Shown here piece after piece: positions 29,071-38,839 of a DNA stretch of 64,000 nucleotides; positions within the stretch are counted from its first letter, which is position 1, and each line of letters starts with the position of its first letter. Below the pieces are notes generated by a model. That model searched no databases and was not told where the DNA came from. It was given only the letters and a program-made list of their open reading frames with translations. Origin of the DNA: an uncultured Gemmataceae bacterium. Lineage in GTDB: Bacteria > Planctomycetota > Planctomycetia > Gemmatales > Gemmataceae. The DNA lies in NCBI GenBank assembly GCA_963750165.1, contig CAVVPN010000011.1, positions 1,664,001 through 1,728,000 on the forward strand. Direction: 5' to 3'. Position numbers and translations under genes: made by a program.

Positions 29071-30405
29071 ATGCTGACGACCATTCACGCCGCGGCGGAC
29101 GCTTTGGAGGCCGGCCGCGTTTCGCCGCTCGACCTGCTGGACGCCTGCCTGGAGCACATCGACCGTTACGAGTCGCGCATCCGCGCCTGGGTGTTCGTGG
29201 ACCGCGCCCGTGCCGACGCCGAGGCCCGCGCCGCCGAGCTGCAACGCGGTTATCGTCGGGGGCCGCTGCACGGCATCCCGCTCGGCATCAAGGACATCTT
29301 CGACGTGTTCGACTGGCCGACCGCCGCGGGCTCGCGCCTGTGGGTCAACAGCATCGCCCGTCAGGACTGCACCGCGGTGGAGAAACTGCGGCAGGCGGGA
29401 GCGGTGTTCGTCGGCAAGACGGTGACGACGCAGTACGCCAGCTTCGACCCACCGCCGACGCGCAACCCGTGGAATTCGGAGCGAACGCCGGGCGGCTCCA
29501 GCAGCGGCAGCGCCGCGGCGCTGGCGTGTGGCATGTGCCTGGGGGCGCTCGGCTCGCAGACGGGCGGCTCGATCACGCGGCCGGCGGCGTTCTGCGGCGT
29601 ATCGGGCTGCAAGCCGACCTATGGCCGCGTCAGCTGTTTCGGCGTGGTGCCGCTGGCCGCGTCGATGGACCACCCCGGCCCGCTGGGCCGCTGCGTCTGG
29701 GACCTGGCGGCGCTGCTGCAGGTGATCGCCGGCCACGACCCCCGCGACCCGTCCACCAGCGCCCGAGTTGTGCCGGACTACCTGGCAGCGCTGGCCGGCG
29801 AGCTGGCGCCGCCGCGGCTGGGCCGGCTGCACGGCCTGTTCGACGACCTGGCCCAGCCGGTGACGCGGAGCCTGATGGAGCAGGTGAGCGGGCGCTTGCA
29901 GTCGGCGGGGGCGGTGGTGTCGGACGTGGCGCTGCCGGCGGCGTTCGCGGAGGTGCTGCCGCGGCACCGCGTGGTGATGGCGGTCGAGGCGCTGATGTAT
30001 CACGAGCCGCGGCTGCGACGGCACCCGGAGGATTACGACCCGAATTTCCGCAGTTTGCTCGCCGAGGGCGAGGCGTGTCCGGCGGCGGAGTACGCTCGCT
30101 GCAAGGAGCATCAGGCCCGGCTGAAGATGGACGTGCTGCACTGCTTCGACCACGCGGACGTGCTGCTGACGCCGGCGGCGACCGGCCCGGCGCCGGCGGC
30201 GGCGACGACCGGCGACCCGGCGTTCAACTCGCCGTGGAGCTACACGGGCCTGCCGACGGTGTCGCTGCCGGCGGGCTGGAGTCCGGAGGGGCTGCCGTTG
30301 TCGATTCAACTGGTGGGTCGGCCGTGGGGCGAGGCGGAGCTATTCGCGGCGGCGGCGTGGTGCGAGCGGGTGCTGGCGTTCGAGACGCGCTGGCCGGTGG
30401 CATAG
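29071..30405 (+). CDS. Amidase signature family protein
   Basis: GPLHGIPLGIKD, PGGSSSGSAAA, GSQTGGSITRPAAFCG. Confidence 0.92.
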   Translation: MLTTIHAAADALEAGRVSPLDLLDACLEHIDRYESRIRAWVFVDRARADAEARAAELQRGYRRGPLHGIPLGIKDIFDVFDWPTAAGSRLWVNSIARQDCTAVEKLRQAGAVFVGKTVTTQYASFDPPPTRNPWNSERTPGGSSSGSAAALACGMCLGALGSQTGGSITRPAAFCGVSGCKPTYGRVSCFGVVPLAASMDHPGPLGRCVWDLAALLQVIAGHDPRDPSTSARVVPDYLAALAGELAPPRLGRLHGLFDDLAQPVTRSLMEQVSGRLQSAGAVVSDVALPAAFAEVLPRHRVVMAVEALMYHEPRLRRHPEDYDPNFRSLLAEGEACPAAEYARCKEHQARLKMDVLHCFDHADVLLTPAATGPAPAAATTGDPAFNSPWSYTGLPTVSLPAGWSPEGLPLSIQLVGRPWGEAELFAAAAWCERVLAFETRWPVA

Positions 30406-30429
30406 AAGATCGGGCATCGGGGGCGACAG

Positions 30430-31011
30430 ATGAGTGTACTCGACTTACCGCCTTTCCCGCGTCTCGGTTGGGATGACGGCTTCTGGGTGGGTGAAATCAC
30501 ACTGCCATCGTGGGTGGACTTTCAGACGCGCCGAGGCGGATACAACTCCGTGAGTTCCGCCCATCCGTCCGATGGCTCTGTCCAGCTGGTGGTCGTTCCG
30601 AGCGATGAGAAAAGCCAAACCCCACCGACGGTTGAGCAGGTGGCTGCCTTCCGACACTTGCTCGACCACGAGGCGTCCGTGGCTGCCTCCGTTCTCCGCG
30701 CGCTATTTGATCGGTATCCGGAGGAAAAGAAGGCATACGACGAGGACTATGATGAAGAAGATGACGTGCAGGCGTTGCCGGTCATCCAAAATCCAGGCGA
30801 ATTGCACACCCTGATCGGTCTGTCCATCGTGCATGTGTTATCGGTGGTCAAAGACGGCGTGGCGTACGTCGGCTTCGAGTTCGGCTGTGTGTGGGACCGG
30901 GAACATGGTGCCGGGGTGATGACACACCTGGGACGGGTGACCGCGTTAGGTCAGGCGGACACGGCATTCGTGGCGTGGATTGCCAGGCGCGACGCCGAGC
31001 CGAATTCTTGA
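30430..31011 (+). CDS. DUF6985-like acidic hypothetical protein
   Basis: YVGFEFGCVWDREHGAGV motif; lower GC; ends ...RRDAEPNS. Confidence 0.65.
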   Translation: MSVLDLPPFPRLGWDDGFWVGEITLPSWVDFQTRRGGYNSVSSAHPSDGSVQLVVVPSDEKSQTPPTVEQVAAFRHLLDHEASVAASVLRALFDRYPEEKKAYDEDYDEEDDVQALPVIQNPGELHTLIGLSIVHVLSVVKDGVAYVGFEFGCVWDREHGAGVMTHLGRVTALGQADTAFVAWIARRDAEPNS

Positions 31012-31191
31012 GGCGACGCGGAATTAACTCACCTGGGCGGATTGACTTTCCTGGCTGATTGGCGTGATGCGCACGACGTGCATGAGGGATGCGACATCGC
31101 CGATCCTGAGTCGAGAAATGTGACCGCGGCTCGCACGGGTCGGCCGGCATCCTCCGCAATTCCGGAACAGCACAGCCCGACCGCTTCTCCC

Positions 31192-31638
31192 TCATTTTTC
31201 CTTGTCCGCCTGTAGCCGCTTGATGGCCGACTCCACCCGCTGGCGCTGCCAGGCGCGGTAGCGCACTTCCAGTTGGCTCAGTTCGACCGCCCCTTGCTTC
31301 TGGATGACTTCCTGAGAATACTTTGCCACGGTCAGCTCGAGATTGATCAATTCCTCGCGGCTAATCGGGTTCTTCGGCCCAATTCCGGGGGGGTTGCGGT
31401 AGAGTTCCAGCCGCCTCGTAGTCGCTTGCAGGATTGCCTGAGTGGCCTTCTTGTCTTCCTCCGCGATGCGGAGTTTGACCTTGGCCATCTCCAGCCGAAT
31501 CTCCGCGCCTTCCAGCTTCTCCTTGAGCAACTCCAGCGCTTCCTTCTTGTCGGGAGGCTGTTTTTGCTGGGCGCGGGCCTCCACCGCGCCGAAAGCGAGA
31601 CACCCCAACACCACTGTCAGCGCTACGCGGACTTGCAT
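31192..31638 (-). CDS. Hypothetical exported coiled-coil protein
   Basis: RBS GGAGG; signal peptide MQVRVALTVVLGCLAFGAVEARA; helical hairpin-like body. Confidence 0.65.
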   Translation of the reverse strand: MQVRVALTVVLGCLAFGAVEARAQQKQPPDKKEALELLKEKLEGAEIRLEMAKVKLRIAEEDKKATQAILQATTRRLELYRNPPGIGPKNPISREELINLELTVAKYSQEVIQKQGAVELSQLEVRYRAWQRQRVESAIKRLQADKEK

Positions 31639-31835
31639 GGGACGGACCTCCTGCCAGGGATGGGAACGGAGCCGTGGACCTGGGAACGACACCGCACCCA
31701 GTCTACCCGCCCCGCCCGGGCACAGGCAAGCTCTCGTGTTGCCACCGCCGCCGCCAAATCGTATCGTGCCAGGGGTAGCGCTCCTGACGCGGTGGCGCCG
31801 CCCGAACTCGCAACCCCACGACGGAACCCCCCGCG

Positions 31836-33356
31836 GTGCGCATCCTCTACGCCGCCTCTGAAGTCGCTGGCTTCGCCAAGACCGGCGGCCTCGCCGATGT
31901 CGCCGGCGCCCTGCCGCGCGCTCTCGCCGAGCGCGGTCATGAGGTCACCGTGATCCTGCCGCTGTACCGCTGCGTCCGCCAGGGCGGCCACAAGCTCGAA
32001 GCCACCGGCGTCAAGGTCACCATCCCCTTCGGCGACCGCCTCAGCACCGGCTCCTATGTCCGCAGCAAACTGCCCGGCTCCGACGTGCCCGTGCTGCTCG
32101 TCGAGCAACCGCACTACTTCGAGCGCGACCATCACGCCGAGGGCCGCGGTTTCTATCAGTGGACGAGCCCCGACGGCCGCAAGCTCGACTACAGCGACAA
32201 CTGCGAGCGCTTCGCCTTTCTCAGCCAGGCCGTCCTCGAAGCGCCGCGGCTGCTCGACCTCTGGCCGGACGTCATCCACGTCAACGACTGGCAGACCGCC
32301 CTGGTGCCGGTCTATCTCAAGGAACTGTACCGCAACCATCCGACCGCCGCCCTGCGGCCGCAGTACCAGCGCATCCGCACGCTGCTGACGCTCCACAACC
32401 TCGCCTACCAGGGGGTATTCTGGCACGAGGATTTGCCGCTGATCGGCCTGCCGTGGCGGCTCTACAACGACGAGCACCTGGAGTTTTACGGCAAAATCAA
32501 CTTCCTCAAGGGCGGCATCGTCTTCGCCGACCTGCTCAACACCGTCAGCCCGACCTACGCGCGCGAAATCCAGACACGCTACTTCGGCTGCGGCCTGCAG
32601 GGCGTGCTTGCCAACCGGCAAAAAGCGCTATTCGGCATCGTCAACGGTGTTGATGAGCGCACCTGGGACCCGGCGACCGACAAGCACCTGCCGGCGAACT
32701 ACACGGTGGACACCGTTGAGCAGGGCAAGGCGGTGTGCAAGCAGGCGCTGCAGCGATACCACGAGTTGGCGGAGGAACCGCGGACGCCCCTGCTGGGCAT
32801 GGTGTCGCGGCTCGTGGAGCAGAAGGGGCTGGACCTGATCGGCCAGAGCGCCCGGCGGTTGCTGGAGCTGGGCACGCAGCTGGTCTTTCTCGGCGAGGGC
32901 GATCAGCAGTATCATAAAATGTTGAGTGAACTGCAGGCGCAGCATCCGCGGCAAGTCGGCGTCACGCTGGGACAGCACGAGCCGCTGGCGCACCTGATCG
33001 AGGCGGGCGCGGACCTGTTTCTGATGCCGAGCCTGTTCGAGCCGTGCGGCCTGAACCAGATGTACAGCCTGAAGTACGGCACGGCGCCGGTGGTGCGGGC
33101 GACGGGCGGCCTGGCGGACACGGTCGCGGACGCCACGCCGGAGCGGCTGGCCGACGACACCGCCACCGGCTTCTCGTTCATTCCGGACACGGCGGACGTG
33201 TTCGTCGCCACGGTGCGGCGGGCCGTGACGCTGTACCATGACGACCCGGAGCGCTGGCTACGATTGTTGCGCACGGGGATGCGGCAGGACTGGTCCTGGC
33301 GGCGCAGCGCCGGCGAGTACGAGACGCTGTACCAGCGGCTGCGCGAGATGAAATGA
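31836..33356 (+). CDS. glgA: Glycogen synthase
   Basis: FAKTGGLADV, HVNDWQT, HNLAYQG, SRLVEQKG, MPSLFEPCGLNQ, TGGLADTV. Confidence 0.96.
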   Translation: MRILYAASEVAGFAKTGGLADVAGALPRALAERGHEVTVILPLYRCVRQGGHKLEATGVKVTIPFGDRLSTGSYVRSKLPGSDVPVLLVEQPHYFERDHHAEGRGFYQWTSPDGRKLDYSDNCERFAFLSQAVLEAPRLLDLWPDVIHVNDWQTALVPVYLKELYRNHPTAALRPQYQRIRTLLTLHNLAYQGVFWHEDLPLIGLPWRLYNDEHLEFYGKINFLKGGIVFADLLNTVSPTYAREIQTRYFGCGLQGVLANRQKALFGIVNGVDERTWDPATDKHLPANYTVDTVEQGKAVCKQALQRYHELAEEPRTPLLGMVSRLVEQKGLDLIGQSARRLLELGTQLVFLGEGDQQYHKMLSELQAQHPRQVGVTLGQHEPLAHLIEAGADLFLMPSLFEPCGLNQMYSLKYGTAPVVRATGGLADTVADATPERLADDTATGFSFIPDTADVFVATVRRAVTLYHDDPERWLRLLRTGMRQDWSWRRSAGEYETLYQRLREMK

Positions 33357-33379
33357 AGCGGCGGTTGGGGGTCGTTTGT

Positions 33380-33449
33380 CTTCGTTCGTAGTACCGCCTT
33401 CAGGCGGCATTCAGTGAAGACCGCCCGAAGGCGGTACTACAAACGAAGA
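33380..33449. repeat. GTAG-type REP dimer
   Basis: cttcgttcgtagtaccgccttcaggcgg...ccgcccgaaggcggtactacaaacgaag. Confidence 0.8.
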
Positions 33450-33489
33450 GGCCCCAGTTCCCCGTGCCGGCGGTCGAGGAGGCCCCATC

Positions 33490-35685
33490 ATGGCAGACCT
33501 TGCGCTCGCCCTCTTCTGGCACCAGCACCAGCCCTACTACCCCGACGACCTCACCGGCGACAATCCGATGCCGTGGGTGCGTCTGCACGGCGTCAAGGAC
33601 TATTACGGCATGGCCCTGCACCTGCTCGAGGTGCCGGAGATGCGCTGCACCATCAACCTGGTGCCGAGCCTGCTGCAGCAGCTCCAGGCGTACACCGAGC
33701 GCGGCGCCAGCGACCGGCCGCTCGAGGTGTCGCGCCGGCCCGCGGACGGCCTGACCGAAGAGGATTGTCTGTATCTGCTCGACAACTTCTTCATGGCCAA
33801 CCCGCACTGGATGATCCGGCCGTATCCGCGCTACTTCGACCTCTACCAGCGCCGCGGCCTCGGTCGCAACACCGCCCGTGAGGCCCTGCGCCGCTTCAGC
33901 GAACGCGACTTTCGCGATCTGCAAGTCTGGTTCAACCTCACCTGGATTCACCCGCTCGCGGTCGTCGCCGACGCGGACCTGAAAGAACTGTTCGACAAGG
34001 GCCGCCATTTCACCGAGGCGGACAAGCAGCTGGTGCTCGACAAACACCTGGACATTCTGCGACGCATCATTCCGCTGCACCGCCAGCTGGCCGCGAACGG
34101 TCAGGTCGAACTGACGACCACGCCCTATTTCCATCCGATCCTGCCGCTGCTGTTCGACAAGAAGCTGGCGCGCGAGGCCATGCCCGACGTGAAGCTGCCG
34201 CGCTTCACCGGCGGCTATCCCGAGGACGCCGCCGTCCATGTCCGCCGAGCCGTTGAGCAGCACACGGCCTTCTTCGGCGAACCGCCGCGCGGCATGTGGC
34301 CGGCGGAGGGCAGCGTCTGTCAGGCCATGCTGCCGCTGCTGGCGGAGCACGGCATCCGCTGGATCGCCACGGACGAGGAGATTTTGAGCCAATCGACCCA
34401 GGGCTTCATCAGCCGCGACGGCCACGGCCATGTCCGCAACCCCGAGCTGTTGTACCGCCCTTACCGGGTGCGCGCGGGCGACAGCGAACTGGGGATCGTC
34501 TTCCGCGACCATGCGCTGAGCGACATGATCGGCTTCCACTACCAGCGCAGCGAGGGCGTCGCCGCGGCGGACGACTTCGTACAGCACCTGCACAACATCA
34601 AGAAGGCGGTCGGTGACAACGAGCCAGCGCTGGTCAGTGTCATTCTCGACGGCGAGAACTGCTGGGAGCACTACCCCGATGGCGGCGTGCCGTTCCTGCG
34701 GGCGCTGTACGAGCGCTGCACGCGCACTGCCGGCATCCAGTCCGTCCGCGTCGGCGATTTCCTGGAGCGGCACCCGCCGCGCGAGGCGCTGCCGCAGCTG
34801 TTCGCCGGCAGCTGGATCAGCCATAACTTCGCCATCTGGATCGGCCACGAGGAGGACAACACCGCCTGGGACGCTCTGCACCGCGCCCGCGAACACCTGC
34901 GCAGTCGGTCGCTGACGCCGCACGTGGCGCCCGAGAAAATCCGGCAGGCGTGGGAGGAAATTTACATCGCCGAGGGCAGCGACTGGTTCTGGTGGTTCGG
35001 CGACGACCATTCCAGCGCCCAGGACGCCCTGTTCGACTACCTGTTCCGCAAGCATTTGCAGAACGTCTACCAGTTGCTCGGCGATTCGCTGCCGTCGGAG
35101 CTGCTGCGGCCGATCAGCCGCCGCGGCCAGCGGCCGGCGTACACGCTGCCGCGCAGTTTCCTCGACGTGAAGATCGACGGCCGACAGACATTCTTCGAGT
35201 GGATCAGCGCCGGCCGCTACGCACGGCACAACGAACGTGGTACGATGGCCCAGGTGACGCAGGGGCCCATGAAAGAGGTCTATTTCGGCTTCAACCTGGA
35301 GGCGCTGCTGCTGCGCGTGGACTTTGACACACCGGCCCGCGCCGCCCTGGCGAACTACGACGCCTTCCGGTTGGGGTTTGCCGAGCCGGTCGGTTGGGAG
35401 CTATTAATTGAAGAACCGGCAACAGCGCGGCCGCGCGTGCAGCTGCTGCACGATGGCCTGGCGCCGGAGACCGAGCCGGGGGCGCCGGTTGTCGCGGTGG
35501 GCATCGACCAGATTCTGGAGCTGTCGCTGCCGTTCGCGCTGCTGGCCGTGCAGGCGGACGAACCGGTGCAGTTCTTCGTGGAGTTGTTGCAGGGCGACCA
35601 GAGCCGCGACCGCGCTCCCCGTGAGGGAGCCATCCACCTGACGTGCCCGTCGCCGGACTTCGAGCGCATCATGTGGCAGGTGTGA
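33490..35685 (+). CDS. Glycoside hydrolase family 57 (amylopullulanase/alpha-amylase-like)
   Basis: WHQHQP, PYFHPILP, GMWPAEG, ILDGENCWE, AEGSDWFWW. Confidence 0.93.
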   Translation: MADLALALFWHQHQPYYPDDLTGDNPMPWVRLHGVKDYYGMALHLLEVPEMRCTINLVPSLLQQLQAYTERGASDRPLEVSRRPADGLTEEDCLYLLDNFFMANPHWMIRPYPRYFDLYQRRGLGRNTAREALRRFSERDFRDLQVWFNLTWIHPLAVVADADLKELFDKGRHFTEADKQLVLDKHLDILRRIIPLHRQLAANGQVELTTTPYFHPILPLLFDKKLAREAMPDVKLPRFTGGYPEDAAVHVRRAVEQHTAFFGEPPRGMWPAEGSVCQAMLPLLAEHGIRWIATDEEILSQSTQGFISRDGHGHVRNPELLYRPYRVRAGDSELGIVFRDHALSDMIGFHYQRSEGVAAADDFVQHLHNIKKAVGDNEPALVSVILDGENCWEHYPDGGVPFLRALYERCTRTAGIQSVRVGDFLERHPPREALPQLFAGSWISHNFAIWIGHEEDNTAWDALHRAREHLRSRSLTPHVAPEKIRQAWEEIYIAEGSDWFWWFGDDHSSAQDALFDYLFRKHLQNVYQLLGDSLPSELLRPISRRGQRPAYTLPRSFLDVKIDGRQTFFEWISAGRYARHNERGTMAQVTQGPMKEVYFGFNLEALLLRVDFDTPARAALANYDAFRLGFAEPVGWELLIEEPATARPRVQLLHDGLAPETEPGAPVVAVGIDQILELSLPFALLAVQADEPVQFFVELLQGDQSRDRAPREGAIHLTCPSPDFERIMWQV

Positions 35686-35689
35686 ATGA

Positions 35690-35779
35690 AATTGCAAATT
35701 GCAGATTGCAAATTGCCAATTGAAAGACAGCGGGGTTTCTGATTTTCAATTTGCAATCTGCAATTTGCAATTTGCAATT
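35690..35779. repeat. Inverted heptamer array (ATTGCAA)n/(TTTGCAA)n
   Basis: aattgcaaattgcagattgcaaattgccaattgaaa...tttcaatttgcaatctgcaatttgcaatttgcaatt. Confidence 0.85.
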
Positions 35780-35847
35780 GCTTCCCTGGGCCGCCGATCA
35801 TGGACCATTCATTACAAGGTTTTGCCGCCTCCATCCGAGGGTTGCCG

Positions 35848-36885
35848 ATGCCGGAATTGCGCAAGGATCCGATCGTGGGCCGCTGGGTCATCATCGCCAC
35901 CGACCGGGCCAAGCGGCCGGTCGCTCCCAAGACGGAGCTGTTGCCCACGGGGGGCTTCTGCCCGTTCTGCGAGGGCAGCGAGGACAAGACACCGCAGGAA
36001 ATCCTCGCCTACCGTGACCGCAGCACACGCTCCAACGACAAGGGCTGGCGCGTGCGCGTCGTGCCGAACAAGTTCCCGGCACTGCAAATCGAGGGCGAGC
36101 TGAACAAGCGCGGCGAAGGCATTTACGACAAGATGAACGGCATCGGCGCCCATGAGGTCATCATCGAGTGTCCGCACCACGAAACGACCATGGCCAACCT
36201 CAGCGAGGAGACCATCCGCGAGGTGCTCTGGGTCTACCGCGACCGCCTGGTCGATCTGAAGAAGGATCCGCGGCTGGTTTACGGCATGGTGTTCAAGAAC
36301 GTCGGCGCCCTGGCCGGGGCGTCGCTGGAGCACACGCACTCGCAGCTGATCGTCACGCCCATCGTGCCGATCAACGTCTGGGAGGAGATGAGCGGCTCGC
36401 TGGAGTTCTTCAACTATCGCGGCCGCTGCATCTACTGCGACATGATCCATCAGGAGTTGTCGTCGGAGAAGCGCATCGTCCTGGACACGCCCAACTTCAT
36501 CGCCTTCGTGCCGTTCGCCAGCCGTTTCCCGTTCGAGACGTGGATTCTGCCCAAGCAGCACAACAGCCACTTCGAGAACATTCAGAAGACCGAGGTGGAC
36601 GAACTGGGCACCGTTCTGAAGACGATCCTGCTCAAGCTGGAGACCGCGCTGGACAAACCAGCGTACAACTACATCATCCACACGGCGCCGTTCGACACGC
36701 AGTCACTGCCGCACTACCACTGGCACATTGAGGTGATCCCGCGGCTGACGCGCGTGGCCGGCTTCGAGTGGGGCACCGGCTTCTACATCAATCCGGTGCC
36801 GCCGGAGCAGGCCGCCGACTACCTCCGCGACACGGAGGTGGATGTGTCCGGCAAGCCCAGGGGGCAGGGCTCCCAGGGTGGTTGA
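35848..36885 (+). CDS. galT: GalT-family nucleotidyltransferase (Gal-1-P uridylyltransferase/ADP-glucose phosphorylase-like)
   Basis: [51 protein letters not shown]. Confidence 0.9.
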   Translation: MPELRKDPIVGRWVIIATDRAKRPVAPKTELLPTGGFCPFCEGSEDKTPQEILAYRDRSTRSNDKGWRVRVVPNKFPALQIEGELNKRGEGIYDKMNGIGAHEVIIECPHHETTMANLSEETIREVLWVYRDRLVDLKKDPRLVYGMVFKNVGALAGASLEHTHSQLIVTPIVPINVWEEMSGSLEFFNYRGRCIYCDMIHQELSSEKRIVLDTPNFIAFVPFASRFPFETWILPKQHNSHFENIQKTEVDELGTVLKTILLKLETALDKPAYNYIIHTAPFDTQSLPHYHWHIEVIPRLTRVAGFEWGTGFYINPVPPEQAADYLRDTEVDVSGKPRGQGSQGG

Positions 36886-36907
36886 GACAAGCAAGAAGCA
36901 ACCGACC

Positions 36908-38146
36908 TCAAGCCCCGCTGACTGCATCCAGCGCCGCCAGCACGCGGTCGATCTCCTCATGCGTGTTGTAATGCACCAGCCCCAGCCGCACGAAGCCGCC
37001 GCGCTCCTCCAGGCCCAGCCGTTCACTCAGACTCACCGCGTACATGTTGCCGTGCCACACGTACACGCCGGCCTCGGCCAGGTGCGCCGCCACGTCCGCG
37101 GCGCGGCGCTGCGGCAGGCTGATCGACACCGTCGGCACCCGCTCCGCCAGCCGCTTCGGATCGGCGATGCCGTACACCTGGAGCGGCCACCGCGCCACCA
37201 GTCCCTCCAGCAGGTGCTTCGACAGCTCCGCCTCGTAAGCTCGGATCGCCTCCAGCGACGCCAGCAATCGCTGCCGGTAGCTCAACCCGGGTGCCGGCCC
37301 CGCCACGTCCGCCAGGTAGTCCAGCGCCGCCTTGACGCCGGCAATGCCCTCGTGGTTCTGCGTCCCCGTCATCCAGCGGCCAGGTAACGTTTCCGGCGCC
37401 GGCCGCACCTTGTACGCCGGCAGGGATTCCAGCAACTCGCGCCGGCCCCACAGGATGCCGACGTGCGGCCCGAAGAACTTGTACGCCGAGCACGCCAGAA
37501 AGTCGCAGCCCCACGCGCGCACGTCAATCGGCCCGTGCGGCGCGTAATGCACCGCGTCGAGGTACACCAGCGCCCCCGCTGCGTGCGCCCAGCGCGTCAG
37601 TGTCGCCACGTCCGTCAGGCTGCCGACGGCGTTGCTCGCGCAGGTCACCGCCACCAGCCGCGTTTTGTCGGTCAGCTTCTGGCGAAAGTCTTCCAGGTTG
37701 AGCGTGCAGTCCTCGCGGCGTACGTCGCAGGTGCGCACCAAAGCGCCGGCGTCGCGCGCGGCAAGAATCCACGGCGACACGTTGGCGTCGTGGTCGAGCC
37801 GCGTCACCAGCACTTCATCGCCGGCCTGCAGTGTCCGGCCCAGCGCTCGCGCCAGGTGGAACGTCAGCGTCGTCATGTTGGCGCCGAACACCACCTCGCC
37901 GGCTGACGGCGCGTTGAGGAAGTCAGCCACGGCCTGGTGGGCGGCGTGCAGCACCTCGTCAGAGGCCCGGCTGGTGGCGAACAGCCCGCCGTGGTTGGCG
38001 TTGCAGCGCGTCAGGTAGTCCGTCAGGGCGTCGATCACCCGCCGCGGCACCTGAGTGCCGCCGGGGCCATCGAGGAACACCGGCGTGCGGCCGTTGCGGG
38101 GTTGTAGGGCGGGGAACTGCTGGCGCAGCGCGTGAACGTCGAACAT
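36908..38146 (-). CDS. Cysteine desulfurase-like class V aminotransferase
   Basis: FLDGPGGTQVP, GANMT, DHDANV.PW, DAVHYAPH, CSAYKFFGPH. Confidence 0.9.
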   Translation of the reverse strand: MFDVHALRQQFPALQPRNGRTPVFLDGPGGTQVPRRVIDALTDYLTRCNANHGGLFATSRASDEVLHAAHQAVADFLNAPSAGEVVFGANMTTLTFHLARALGRTLQAGDEVLVTRLDHDANVSPWILAARDAGALVRTCDVRREDCTLNLEDFRQKLTDKTRLVAVTCASNAVGSLTDVATLTRWAHAAGALVYLDAVHYAPHGPIDVRAWGCDFLACSAYKFFGPHVGILWGRRELLESLPAYKVRPAPETLPGRWMTGTQNHEGIAGVKAALDYLADVAGPAPGLSYRQRLLASLEAIRAYEAELSKHLLEGLVARWPLQVYGIADPKRLAERVPTVSISLPQRRAADVAAHLAEAGVYVWHGNMYAVSLSERLGLEERGGFVRLGLVHYNTHEEIDRVLAALDAVSGA

Positions 38147-38245
38147 GGCAGGAATCCGTGAAGGTGGGAAAAACCGCGCCCGTCCGGAAGCGTGGGTCTT
38201 GCGGGAACGCTCGCCGAACGGGCGCGGCCGTCGGACCGGGACCGC

Positions 38246-38503
38246 TTACCACTGTGATAGCATTTCCAGCGCCAGTTGACTCAGGCTTTCTTCGCCCACC
38301 GAAACCGCGTGGCCGCACTCCGGGCAGTGGATCGCTCCCTTGTCGGTCAGCGCGTTGAAGATCATGTCCTCAAAGGTTTCGCCATCACCCAGGCCGAACC
38401 ACGGGCCTTGCTCGTCCATGCGGTCGAGAATCTCCACCGCGGACGTTTCCGGCGGCGCGACAAACCGGCAGCAGCAGTTTGTGCAGGACAGTTCAATCCG
38501 CAT
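38246..38503 (-). CDS. Small Zn-ribbon-like protein (CxxC...CPECG)
   Basis: RBS AAGGAGG; MRIELSCTNCCCRF...LGDGETFEDMIF...CPECG. Confidence 0.75.
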   Translation of the reverse strand: MRIELSCTNCCCRFVAPPETSAVEILDRMDEQGPWFGLGDGETFEDMIFNALTDKGAIHCPECGHAVSVGEESLSQLALEMLSQW

Positions 38504-38557
38504 GGGACACCTCCTTGGAAGGACGGATGAGAGTTTTGGATTGGCGACTGCATAAAA

Positions 38558-38573
38558 AGCAAGACCAATACCA
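38558..38573 (-). promoter_or_regulatory. sigma54 (-24/-12) promoter
   Basis: TGGTAT-TGGTC-TTGCT on the - strand with GG-N10-GC spacing, ~55 bp upstream of the Zn-ribbon gene. Confidence 0.55.
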
Positions 38574-38756
38574 ATCGCCCGTGTTCGCGCCAGCGGGCCC
38601 AGCGATTGGTCCGCAAGCCAAACAGTTGCAAGTAGTTAAGTGCGAAAAAACGGCCGGGAAAAATGGCGAACCTGGCGGGTCGGCGGCAGCGGTGTCGGCG
38701 TGATCGTTGCAAAAGCGCACATCGCGGTTTACAACGCGGTTTGCAGAATTGACAAG

Positions 38757-38804
38757 AGCAAAACAACCGGGCCGCCGGACACGGCAAGGTGTCCGGCGGC
38801 CCGG
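38757..38804 (-). terminator. Rho-independent terminator
   Basis: 16-bp stem ccgggccgccggacac/gtgtccggcggcccgg, followed on the - strand by ttgttttg. Confidence 0.75.
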
Positions 38805-38839
38805 ATTGGTAACCGAAGTCTCACGACTTCAGCTATGGC

